The notes under the pieces were generated by a model. It ran no database searches, was not told the DNA's origin, and saw only the letters and a program-made list of their open reading frames with translations. Below are positions 45,590-64,000 of a DNA stretch of 64,000 bases, one piece after another (within the stretch, counting starts at the first letter, position 1; each line of letters starts with the position of its first letter). The stretch lies in the NCBI RefSeq assembly GCF_009914755.1, contig NC_060931.1. One strand, written 5' to 3'. The DNA is from the human T2T-CHM13v2.0 reference genome, Homo sapiens. A program made the position numbers and the translations under genes.

Positions 45590-45828
45590 GTTCGGTGGTG
45601 TGCTGGTAAATGTTTAGCAGCTGGCTTTGGGGCAGCAAGAAAGTCCTGAGTTGTAGCACGTGCCATTCTCCATGGTGTAAAAACACTTCCGCCATAGCTG
45701 CTTCCAAGTATGTAAATTGTACCTCAATAAAGCCAATTTAAAAAGTAAAGTCAACCAGTTTGTAAAACTCTTGAGACTTTAACGCTCAGTCCAGCAAGCT
45801 GTTACCTGCTGGATCCAGCAACACACAA
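45590..45828. mobile_element. MER63-like hAT DNA transposon relic
   Basis: Termini GGTGGTGTGCTGG ... CCAGCAACACAC form a degenerate inverted repeat. Confidence 0.5.
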
Positions 45829-47419
45829 CCCGTAACATAGTGAGCTGGGTCTCAGCTCCCTGCTCTTCACAGACCCCAGAGCTCTCTCCTCTTTGCAGGG
45901 TTCCTCATCCATCCTTCCATTGCTTCTGCTGCTGCCCTGAAGGCATCATGTCTCTCCCCTCTCCTCCTGGGGCACCTAACTCTCTTAACAGTTTGGGACT
46001 TTGAGGAGTTTTGCCTTTCACAAAAAGAAAGAAGGGGGGAAAAAGGTTATGTCTCAGCAGCTTTCGCTGTCTACCCTGCAGCACAAATTCCACTTGATGG
46101 AGGAACACAAAGGTCGGACTCCCTGCCGTGAAGAGGAGAAAGGGAAATTCGAATTTGGAAGGAGCTCTACTCTCCCCTGCTCTGTCCTCCACAAGAGAAT
46201 GGGACAGAACACTCTTTAGTCTATAGCTCTGTCCCACATGTGTTGCCAAAGACCGCCGTGCCTGGTGGGTGACATCTCTCCAGGCTTTTGAAGACATCTG
46301 AGCCTGGATTTTGAGCACATTCCTAACCTCCCTACTGGGAGGGTCTTCTCCTTCAAGGTCTGCCTTCTGACAAGCCCTTGGTCTTTCCCACCTGCAGTGG
46401 CTGGGTGGGCTGGGGGGTGGGGTCAGGGTGGAGATGTGAGCGCATTGTGATTGGCAGCCCCGCTAGAACCCCATGGAGTGGAGAAGTGACAGTCTCCAAA
46501 GGAGGGGAGCGTACAGTTTCCGGAAGGGAGGAAGGATGCGGTGGGAACCAAACGCATCCATGCAGGATTTCAAATATAAACGACTCTGTAGACTACAAGC
46601 ACCTACTCCTGACAACCGAAGCCGGAGGAAGCATAAGAATATAAGAGACGGGGGCTTCGGCGAGGGCACGTGATCAAAACCTCCCATAACACTCCACCTG
46701 CCCCAGTCCAGCCAGCCTGCTGTCCACAGTGTGCCCACCAGTGTATCAAACCTCAGCGCTTTATTTCCTGGGATCCTAGTCAGGCTCCCATTAACCTCCT
46801 GTGTTGTCCCCACAGCTCCTATACATGGGAGAGGGCCTGCGTTGGGCCAGATCCCAGAGCTGGGGCCTAATTTGTGATGAGATGCCCTGGGAGGCAAGCA
46901 TGCTTCAGCATGTACCCGATCAATATCCAGACACCCAGGTCCGGAGGTGTCTGAGTCCGTCAGTAGGACGCTGGGCAGGTCTAGGTTCAGAACCTCCGCA
47001 GTTTTTCCCTTGGCTTTCCCGGGGCTTGTCCACAGCATCCCCTGCTGCCCATTCTTGGCTGACTTTGTGTCTTGTAGATCCCTCATCAGATCTGTTCATG
47101 AAGCCTCCCTCCAGGGTGACACAGTGAAGTCAAGTAACAGATGTGGAGATGCTTTGGAGAGCTTGAAACAGAAGACTACATAATGGCAATGGGCCAGTAT
47201 CATAAAGCCAAGATTGAAGAAGACAGAACTGAATGCCTCCCTCATCTGCAAAACTTGCCTTATCTTTCAGTATCATCCTGTTTCAGTGGACAGAAATCAA
47301 TCCATCATATATTTGAGCCCTGGTCTTATAAGCAAGTTAAATTTTGCCTAAAATAAGGCCCTGCCTCAAGCAGATCATGGTTTATTTTTATTTTATTTTA
47401 TTTTATTTTATTTTTTTGA

Positions 47420-47731
<312 letters not shown>

Positions 47732-48039
47732 TAATTGTTATGACTGCCATAGTACCTACTATGTTGCAGATACTCTGCCTAGGTTTTTAACCCTTACAAC
47801 ACATCCCTAAAACATTGTACAGATGAAAAAGCAGAGGCACAAAGAGGTTTAAAACATCTCCAAAGTCACATAGTTACTATAAAGCCAGTAAGCCAGTAAC
47901 TGGCTCTATGTCTATCTGACTCCAAAATCTGTTTTGTCCCCTTCTTTGCCTATGCACAGAGGGCAGTGGGAACATGAATGGAGTTGGAGGGAGGGGTAAG
48001 AAGGAGACATCAGTGGTCTACCCTCTTTCTGTGATAACA

Positions 48040-48540
48040 GACTCCTTCTTTTATCTGACAGCTGCTCCCTGACAAGAGGAATACCCATTCTTTCTTCCTA
48101 GGTCAAGAAAGAGGGTCCAAGGCATGGTCAATCACAACACTGTCCCTCCAGTCATGGGCCAAGTGCTGGGCACATGTCACCAGCCAGGCTACTCTTAGCC
48201 TTTCCCATAATTTTAATAACCTGAGACTGGGAGAAAGAAGCCTCTCTCTCTCCTGGGGTGATAAAACTGTATGTAAGTCTAGAGTTCCCTGTGAGTACAG
48301 TCTCCCCTAGCAAGAAAGGATGAGACCAACTCATAATAAGAAGACAAAATACGTGTACATATGAGTGTGTGTGAGAGAGAGAGAGAGAGCTGACAGCATT
48401 GTTTGAGTGTCTGGATCTAGCCATTCCTGTGGTGGCTCCGTCTAGTCCTTGTTTATATGAGTGAATACATCCCCTTTTAACTGAAGCCAGTTTGTGTTGG
48501 GTTTCTGTCCCTTAAAATCAAGAGTCCTGAGAAATACAAT
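48040..48540 (+). mobile_element. MLT1J/K-like MaLR LTR
   Basis: 3' motif AAGCCAGTTTGTGTTGGGTTTCTGTC...AAGAGTCCTGAGAAATACA. Confidence 0.55.
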
Positions 48541-48639
48541 ATTGGTCAAAAAAAGTCTTCATAGAACAGGTGAACCAGGAAAAAAGGGATTCACCAGAAA
48601 GATAAGAAGAGAGGCAGAGAATGAATGTAACAGCAGCTA

Positions 48640-52290
<3,651 letters not shown>

Positions 52291-52299
52291 GCTCAGCCA

Positions 52300-52445
52300 C
52301 CTGCAATCCAGGAAGAGAGGCCTCAACAGATACCAATCCTAATGGCGCCTGGGTCTTGGACTTCCAGCCTCCAGAACTGTGAGAAAAGGAATTTCTGCTA
52401 TTTAAGCCGCCTAGTTATGGTATTTTGTTATGGTAGCCCAAGACC
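52300..52445 (+). mobile_element. MLT1 LTR 3' fragment
   Basis: TCTTGGACTTCCAGCCTCCAGAACTGTGAGAAA...TATGGTATTTTGTTATGG. Confidence 0.75.
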
Positions 52446-52974
52446 TCCCTCCCCACCACCACCACAAACACATATGTTTCCTTTATAAATATAAATATAG
52501 AGAGAAATTTGACCAGGCGCAGTGGCTCACACTTGTAATCCCAGCACTTTGGGAGGCCGAGGCAGGTGGATCACATGAGGTCAGCAGTTCGAGACCAGCC
52601 TGGCCATAATAGTAAAACCCCATCTCTACTAAATATACAACGATTCGCCAGTCGTGGTGGTGGGTGCCTGTATTTCCACCTACTCGGGAGGCTGAGGCAG
52701 GAGAATCACTTGAATCTGGGACGTAGAGGTGGCAGTTAGCCAAGATCAAGCCACGGCACTACAGCCTGGGCATCGGAGCGAGACTCCAACTCAAAAATAA
52801 ATAAATAAAGAGGGATATTTATATATTTCTCCCTATATTTACAATATTTATATATATAAATATAAGTTGTATATAAATATGTCATATATTTATATTTATA
52901 AAGCAATCTATATATTTAATACATTAATACATTAAATTTCTGTTTTATATACATTATCTATATGGACATATAAA

Positions 52975-54062
<1,088 letters not shown>

Positions 54063-54670
54063 GGCCAGGTGCGGTGGCTCATGCTTGTAATCCCAGCACT
54101 TTGGGAGGCAAGGTAAGAGGATCGCTTGAGCTTGAGTCTGAGGCCGCAGTGAGCTATGACCGTGCCACTGCACCCCAGTCTGGGTTATAGGACAAGACTC
54201 CGACTCCAGAAATAAAAAAGAAAAATCACAAAGAATTGCATGGCAGAGTGCCTGTCTTTAACAGCTTTAACTGTGGCAGGAACTGTTTTGTTTTTTTGTT
54301 TTTTTGTTTTTTTTGCAGCAGAAGACAGAGTCTCACTCTGTTGCCCAGGCTGGAGTGCAGTGGTACAATCTCTACAACCTCCACTTTCCGTGTTCAAGTG
54401 ATTCTCCTGCCTCAGCCTCCCAAATAGCTGGGATTACAGGTATGCACCACCATGCCTGGCTAATTTTTGTATTTTTACTAAAGACAGGGTTTCACCATGT
54501 TGGCCAGGCTGGTCTCGAACTCCTGCTGGGATCAATGGAGTGAGCCACCGCGCCCTGCCACCTTTAGAGTTTTCTTACCACCTGGTTTTCCTCTTTCAGT
54601 ATCTTTCCCTCATTTCCTGCTTTAAAACCCTAGCTTGGGGTCTGGGTGCAGTAGCTCATGCCTGTAATCC

Positions 54671-55132
54671 TGTAGCAGGACGAGCCTCAGACAAAACTCC
54701 TCAGACACCGAGTTAAAGAAGGAAGGGGTTTATTCGGCCGGGGGCATCAGCAAGACTCCTGTCTCAAGAGCCGAGCTCCCCGAGTGAGCAATTCCTGTCC
54801 CTTTTAAGGGCTCACAACTCTAAGGGGGTGCACGTGAGAAGGTCGTGATTGATTGAGCAAGCAGCGGGTACCTGACTGGGGGCTACGTGCACCGGTGATT
54901 AGATCAGAACAAAACCAGATAGGGATTTTCACAGTGCATTTCTATACAATGTCTGGAATCTATAGATAACATCACCAATTAGATCAGGGGTCAATCTTTA
55001 ACTACCAGGCCCACGGTGCGGCGCCGGGTTGTCTGCCTGTGGATTTCATTTCTGCCTTTTAGTTTTTATTTTTTCTTTCTTTGGAGGCAGAAATTGGGCA
55101 TAAGGCAATATGAGGGGTAGTCTCCTCCCTTA
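54671..55132 (-). mobile_element. 3' LTR (LTR2)
   Basis: Minus strand begins TAAGGGAGGAGACTACCCCTCATATTG; AATAAA at 54729-54734; preceded by PPT at 55133-55144. Confidence 0.92.
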
Positions 55133-55155
55133 TTCCCCCCCTTTGAGAATCTCAC

Positions 55156-57518
<2,363 letters not shown>

Positions 57519-57599
57519 GCTTCGGCCGTACGTGGATCAGTCAGCTTCCGGGTGTGACTGGAGCAGGGCTTGTCGTCTTCTTCAGAGTCACTTTGCAGG

Positions 57600-58160
57600 G
57601 GTTGGCGAAGCTGCTGCTATCCACGTACTGCTCACAGTCTACTGATGTTCAAGGATGGTTTCGGAGATTGGGCCTGCTGGAATAAACGGAGTCCAACAAC
57701 TCTACACAGTTATGTTCAACTGGGCTGTCTGGTACCGGGAGCAAGGTGGTGGGGTTTAGGGTGTTGTAAACTTCAGTGGTTATGTGGGGATTTTCATATA
57801 GCAAGCTTTGGTACTTGGTTAATCTAGCATTTGTTAACCAATGATGTCCTTTGGTATTTATTAAAGTTACCACAGCATGGGGGGCCTTTATATTCACGTT
57901 TTGCCTAAGGGTTAGTTTATCTGCTTCTTGTGCTAACAGGGCCGTTGCTGCTAGGGCCCTTAGACCTGGGGGCCAGCCTTGGGAAACCTTGTCTAGTTGT
58001 TTTGGGAGATAGGCCACTGGCCTTGGCTAGGGCTCTACAGTCTGGGTTAAAACTCCAACTGCCATTTTCTCTCTTTCTAACACATAAAGAGTTTTGCAGG
58101 TCAGGTAGCCTCAGGGCTGGGGCCGACATGAGTTTTTCTTTTAACTCATGAAAACCTCGT
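57600..58160 (-). pseudogene. Gammaretroviral pol fragment (RT connection/tether)
   Basis: FHELKEKLMSAPALRLPDL...AYLPKQLDKVSQGWPPGLRALAATALL...WLTNARLTKYQSLL. Confidence 0.85.
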
Positions 58161-59340
58161 TGTTGTTGGTTGTAATAGATGTAGTTTATCTAATCTACAT
58201 TTTTATTAACTGTCACCTACTAAAATATTGACTTAAATCCTGCAGCTATTTGATTTCAAACTTTAAATTGATCTGGTATTCTTCGTGGGACTCCAGTTGC
58301 GTCTAAATAGACATGAGAGTCGAAAGACCCATAAGGGGCTTCTCTTGCTTTACGATATCATATTTTTTTTCCTTCTGGTTGATGAAATGCCAGGGTGAAA
58401 GGGATAGCCAATTGGACTAAAGTACAAGTGCCACTCCAGTTATTCGGCAGAGTGTCCAGTAAAGGTCCACCACAATACCACCATACATCTGCTCTGGGAT
58501 GAACAAGGGCTGGCTGATTGATAAGCTCTTGAAAATTCTTAACCTCACTGCATCCTTTCAGGTCTCCAAGGAATGCTAAGTTTCCTCCCTGTCATGAGAG
58601 ACACGAAGTGAACTTAGTGTTGGGAGACAGAGGCTGGATGGCCCTTGGGGGCTGATCCACAGGGTGCTAGACTTTGGGATGTAGCAGAGAGAGCTTGGCA
58701 CGACTTATTACTCCAGGCTGTAGAATCCCAGAGAAGGGCTACCATGCAGCCTACGCCTGGTTGACTGGAGAACCACCTTAGTGGAAAGGGGACAATCTGG
58801 GCCTCTGGCCTGCCATGTGCACACACATAACAATTGCTTTTGTTTAACGTGCAGATGGAATATGTGATCCAATTAACCAGGCATTTGCATCTTGGTATCC
58901 TGTCTTAATTGCTAAAGTTTGTTTTAAGTCTTTAACTTCTATGATCCTCTAGTAAAATGAATGTATGATTTTAGGAAATTACAAAAACCGGTTGGGGCAG
59001 TCCACCCTTGCTCTTTAGTGGTCCACAGAACGTTGGACCAACTATGGCATGAAAACTCTACATCGGGGGGCAAGACTCCTGGTTGGCACTGGGGTCTTTA
59101 TCGAAATCTCCCCGGATTAAATGGTCCTAGTTTACTAACGCCCAGTCTGAGGAGAGTCAGGAGGGACAGAAGTACTTTTGTGAAGTAGAGAGCTGTCTTT
59201 GACTTGGCAAGTCCCCACAGGGTATAAAAAGGCAAGCATTAAATGCAATAGTTTGAGGTGAAATTGACTTGGTTATGTTAATAACTAGATGGTCAGCAAT
59301 AGAATGAGGAAAGAAGGAAGAGTAATAGAATAGATGAAAA
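58160..59340 (-). pseudogene. Second env relic, HERV-I/IP-like
   Basis: CAHGRPEAQIVPFPL...CMVAL..DSTAWSNKSCQALS and WWYCGGPLLDTLPNNWSGTCTLVQLAIPFTLAFHQ; family assignment from recall. Confidence 0.7.
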
Positions 59341-59450
59341 GAGTTAAATTTTTCTTAGCTTTAGTTTGGTAGGGTTTTCCTATGGGACTATAGCCTACGA
59401 CTCTGGAGGGGGTGGCGCTTTCTTGACTCGGATGTGATGAGTCCATCCTT

Positions 59451-59651
59451 TTATGCTGTACGAACAGCAGTCTTGGTGGTTAGCAGCACAAGGTAGGGTC
59501 CTTCCCAGGCTGGCTCGAATTTTTCTTCTTTCCACTTTTTGATGAGAACGTGATCTTCAGGCTGGTGCTGGTTTACCGGAAATTCTAGCAGTGGTACATG
59601 TGCTAAACCACTTTTAGTTTTTGAGAGAAAGAAAAGTGGAAGATAAATCAA
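59451..59651 (-). pseudogene. Integrase C-terminal (GPY/F) fragment
   Basis: HVLIKKWKEEKFEPAWEGPYLVLLTTKTAVRT. Confidence 0.8.
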
Positions 59652-60885
59652 GTATATAATTTCTAAGAAATTGACCTTTTGTTTTAAATGTGGGGACCCT
59701 GGCAGTGGACTTTATAGTCCTTAGTGCCTTTTTACTGAGAAATTTCCTTTAGCACCTATTTTTATTACTTTTTAGACCAAAGAAAGCTAAACACTATTTT
59801 ATATTTAATAATGCTTTTTGTATGATTTTTATACCAGATAAGCTAAATTGTATATTAGTGTGTTATTAATGTTAAACCTAACTTTAATAAAACCTTGTAA
59901 ACATATTTATCTAATTTTTAATGTTTGACCATAAGGTAAGATTTTATAGACTCTTTTTAACCTTTTATAATTTTTGCTAAAGAGCAGGTTGGTGCTTTAA
60001 GAAAAACCTGTTATGCTTTTACTTTAATGTCCAGTTCACAGAAAAACTGGATGATACTTCTTTAACTTTAGCTAATATGTTTACACACAGAATTTTCTTT
60101 ACAATTAACATTTTAAAACTTGCTTAAACCTTCAAAACAATATATTTTTTAAACTTTTTAATGTAGGTAAAAATCCACATTCTTATGCCTCCTTATAATC
60201 CTTTTACCAAAGGTATATTTTACTTTTCTTATACATCTTACACATAAGCTGTTTTTTCTTCAATAGTTTTACATTCAGGAGGCCTAGTTACTTTTAAATT
60301 ATACAACTTTTTTGCATAAATTCTTTTTTATAACATTTTTCTCTTTCACAGACAATGACTTTCGCAGACAATTCTTCAACATGCATCAACTTTCTGACTT
60401 ATTACAAATATTTCTTTCTTTAAACAACCAGTTAATTTGTTTCAGGACAAGAATTTACCATATAATACTCTTTTTATATAAATTCCGTCCCCCCCTTTTT
60501 TTCCTTTTTTTCCGAAGATGATAACCATTCTTTTCCAAAGCAAACCTTTTTTATGTCTGTGGACTAGACTGTCTAACGCCACAAGAATAGAAGTTACTAT
60601 AATACGTGTTACACTGTTAACTTTCAGCAGACTTTAGTTGAAAACCTTGTAAGTTTGGGATTTTAATTATCCTTTGCTATTAATACGACCTTGTTTTGTC
60701 CAAATTAGAATTGGTATAGATGGCTTTTTTTTTTTTCAATTACCCGGGAGGAACCATCGATCGTCCTGTCCTGAAGGGAGTTCCTCCTAGGTCTGGTCAG
60801 ACCTTTGTATGGTAATTAAGATTTAGATCCCCTGTTAGGAAACCTGCTGGGTTAAGGGAATTTTCAGTGATTAATGTTAAATCAT

Positions 60886-60945
<60 letters not shown>

Positions 60946-61060
60946 TTTCTTTCTTTCTTTCTCTCTTTGACTCCTTCTTTGTCTGTCTCTTCCTCTCTGT
61001 CTCTTCCTCTCTCTCTCTGCCTCTTTTCCTCTCTGTCTCTTTCCTTTCTCTCTCTCTGCT
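60886..61060 (+). repeat. (TTTC)n / CT-rich microsatellite inside provirus
   Basis: Seen directly. Confidence 0.93.
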
Positions 61061-61489
61061 GCTCTTTCCTTGCCTCTGCCAGCTGCTTATGCTGCTGTTC
61101 TCTCAACCACTGTGTGTTGGGGGCGGGGGGTCTAAAACCAGCTGTAATCAAGTGTCTATGTACGGGAACTGGTCTGGGTGCCTTGGCTTACAGGTTACCT
61201 TGTGCCATACCTTCGAAACAGGGGACCTGTCCAGGCTTCCTTCTAATGGCCAACCCACCTCTAATGCTGGCCAGTCTATCTTACACAAAGTTTTAAGTTT
61301 TCCTGGTGTCATAGTACTCCATAGTCTCCCTTAAATCCTTTTTTTGAAATTTTTCAACATAGTTCCTAGTGGGGTGGGCTTACTTTGGTCCTCACCCATG
61401 TTTCCTCAAGACAAAACACCACACTCACACCACACGCACACCACAAAACAAAGAATGGGTAAAAATGGCACACACTTTTGTAGTTTACA

Positions 61490-61800
61490 CCAAACCAAAA
61501 TCAAAACCAAAATCAGAGTATCCAGAAATCCAAGCCAGGTCAAAACCAAAACCAAAGTATCAAGCAATCCAAGTCAAGTCAAAAACAAAAACCAGAGTGC
61601 TGGTACAGGCACACCATGGGTGACCAGGCCATGCTTCCACTCAAATGGAGTAGGCAAGTTCCCAAAACCAGTCCCATCAAGCTATTCAAACCAAGTCAAA
61701 ACCAAAACCAAAGTGCCAATAAAGGCACGCCGTGGGTGATCAGGCCACGCTTCCACTCAAATGGAGTGGGTAAGTTTCAAAGACTAGTCTTACCAAGTTT
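61490..61800. repeat. Tandem repeats in proviral leader
   Basis: Repeated (G)TCAAAACCAAAACCAAAGT units and two ~116-bp copies containing GCTTCCACTCAAATGGAGT. Confidence 0.8.
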
Positions 61801-62036
61801 TAGATGTCCAGACTCCAAGTGCCCATTCCTTCCCAGTGTTCAGCCACTGCGTTGATCCTTCACGGGGGCCTGCCACACACTGCTCTGGCAAGGCGTCCCA
61901 GCAGGGCAAATGCCTACCTGGGAGCGCTTGCAGGATCCGCGTCGCTCGGGCTGGTCAGAGTCCCCCTCAAGGATGTTCCATGGGGCAGGCTTAAGCCACC
62001 TAAGGAGCTGCCTCGACCATCTGCCAGTCACTTCGC

Positions 62037-62054
62037 TTCCTGGTCAGGGAACCA
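62037..62054 (-). other. Primer-binding site, tRNA-Glu
   Basis: Minus strand TGGTTCCCTGACCAGGAA, 17/18 match to the complement of the recalled tRNA-Glu 3' end, 5 nt from the LTR. Confidence 0.88.
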
Positions 62055-62059
62055 AGAAA

Positions 62060-62517
62060 TGCAGCAGGATGAGTCACAGATAAAACTCCTCACACACCAA
62101 GTTAAAGAAGGAAGGGGTTTATTCAGCCAGGGACATTGGCAAGACTCCTGTCTCAAGAGCTGAGCTCCCTGAGTGAGCAATTCCTGTCCCTTTTAAGGGC
62201 TCACAACTCTAAGGGGGTGCACGTGAGAGGGTCGTGATTGAGCAAGCAAGGGGTACGTGACTGGGGGCTGCACGCACCGGTTATTAGATCGGAACAAAAC
62301 AAGATAGGGATTTTCACAGTGCTTTTCTATACAATGTCTGTAATCTGTAGATAACATCACCAATTAGGTCAGGGGTCGATCTTTAACTACCAGGCCCAGG
62401 GTGTGGCACCAGGCTGTCTGCCTGTGGTTTTCATTTCTGCCTTTTAGTTTTTACTTTTTCTTTCTTTGGAGGCAGAAATTGGGCATAAGACAATTTGAGA
62501 GGTGGTCTCCTCCCTTA
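62060..62517 (-). mobile_element. 5' LTR (LTR2)
   Basis: Direct repeat of 54671-55132; about 40 substitutions and one 4-bp indel by manual count. Confidence 0.92.
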
Positions 62518-63109
62518 ATCCCAGCACTTTGGAAGGCCAAGACGGGCAATTCACTTGAGGTCAGGAGTTGGAGACCAGACTGGCCAACATGATGAAACCC
62601 CGTCTCTACTATTTTTACAAAAGTTAGTCGGATGTAAGGTTGGGTGCCTGTAGTCCCATACTTAGGAGGCTGAGGCAGGAGAATTCGCTTGAATCCAGAG
62701 GTGAAAGTTGCAGTGAGCCAAGGTCATGCCACTGCACTCCAGCCTGGGAGACACAGCAAGACTCTGTCTCCAAAACAAACAAACAAACAAAACCTCTAGC
62801 TTGGGATTGGCCTTCTCTTCTATTATTTTTCTTTTTAAAAAATTTTTAAAAAAATAGTTGTTGATGCTATGTTGCCCAGGCTGGCCTCAAACTCCTGGCC
62901 TCAAGTGATCCTCCTGCCATGACCTCCAAAAGTGCTGGGAATGTAGGTGTGAGCACTGCACCCAGCCTTGTGTTTTTTTTCTACATAAAAAATAATGCAG
63001 GATTGTCTTCTAGAGCTAATTAATATATATGTTCAAATAACCAAAAGCCCATTGAGGAAAAATGTCACATGACAGCAAATAATCAATCCAGACCAATATG
63101 ATCACACTC

Positions 63110-64000
63110 GCTGTGAAGGTGAGAAAACTTCATCTTTATTACGTTTCCCCAAGAGACGCACTGCATTGTTCTCTTGAAAACACACAGCTCATGTTCTCCT
63201 TTAAAACACACATCCTCTTTAAAGTAACATACAAACATGCCAATACAAGGTAAAAAGTTACATCTGAATTCTCACATTTCAAAAACATACAGTAAACATC
63301 AAATAAAAATTTATTTTTATAAGAATTTAGGGGAACTATCATGTAGCTGTAAGTGTAGTACATATATTAAGTATCATAGATAAAAAGAGTGCTCCCTTCA
63401 GCAGCACATGTAATAATAGATACAAAGATTTAAAGATAAAGATTTAAAGATAAAAGATTTAGGATAAAAAGAATGCTCTCTTAAAAAGGAAAACAAAATT
63501 ATATTTATGTGTATATAGCAGCTGTAACAGCCATCTCACAACTTTATAGGAACAGTGTCTATTCAAAAATACCAATATTTTCAAAATATTTAAAATAAAT
63601 GTAGTAATAATTCTTCTAATAATGCCCATCTTTTTCAAAATCAATAAAATATATAGTATATATTAGACATGTTAGTATATATCTAAGATGTTAAAAATCA
63701 CAACTGAATTCTCACAATTCAGTCACAAATCTAAACAGCAAATAAAAATGTGTATGACAGGAATTTAGGGGAACTACCAATAGCTATAAATAGAAGAGAT
63801 TATTATGGAAGTATCATAGATAAAAAGTGTACTCGCTTCAGAGGCACATATAATAATACAGAAAACAATTTAAAGATAATAAAAGATTTAGGATAAAAAG
63901 GATTCTCAAAATGAAAAGAAAATTATCTTTATGTATGTATAACAGCTGTAACTCTCATCAAAAAATCTACAGGAACAGCATGTTTTCAAAAGTACAACAA
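63110..64000 (-). pseudogene. Probable 3'UTR of a SPDYE (Speedy E)-family gene/pseudogene whose coding part lies beyond the window
   Basis: Resembles SPDYE 3'UTR as recalled; minus-strand AATAAA at 63135-63140; no coding exon in window. Confidence 0.5.
63255..64000. repeat. Diverged ~440-bp AT-rich tandem duplication
   Basis: CTGAATTCTCACA at 63264 and 63704; GAATTTAGGGGAACTA at 63323 and 63761. Confidence 0.88.

Noticed and set aside
46463-47086. 207-aa minus-strand ORF as a gene
   Set aside because: No recognisable domain or exon structure; kept only as an unexplained island
61490-64000. CRISPR-like or other prokaryotic repeat array
   Set aside because: Repeats are diverged tandem units without unique spacers in a clearly primate context

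Overview
Human/primate genomic DNA, very Alu-rich, built as a mosaic of duplicated segments. From memory it matches the 7p22.1 RNF216P1 region; no database was searched. I found no intact protein-coding gene and no prokaryotic-type system. Main contents: (1) a CpG-island promoter heading an approximately 24-kb plus-strand unit made of RNF216 exons 1, 2, 6, 7 and 8 (exons 3-5 not found), followed by intron-containing XKR8 exons 2-3 with the XKR8 3'UTR and an ATTAAA signal, i.e. a chimeric pseudogene in which small ORFs could be created by splicing; (2) an old minus-strand processed pseudogene fragment of ADP/ATP translocase (SLC25A6-like) not visible in the ORF track; (3) a decayed ERV1 pol remnant with nested Alu/MSTA insertions; (4) a two-LTR LTR2/Harlequin (HERV-E family) provirus inserted into an Alu, carrying two different env relics and pol pieces out of order; (5) an AT-rich tandemly duplicated region at the right end resembling a SPDYE-family 3'UTR. 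Parent-gene comparisons and repeat subfamily names come from recall and need alignment to confirm.
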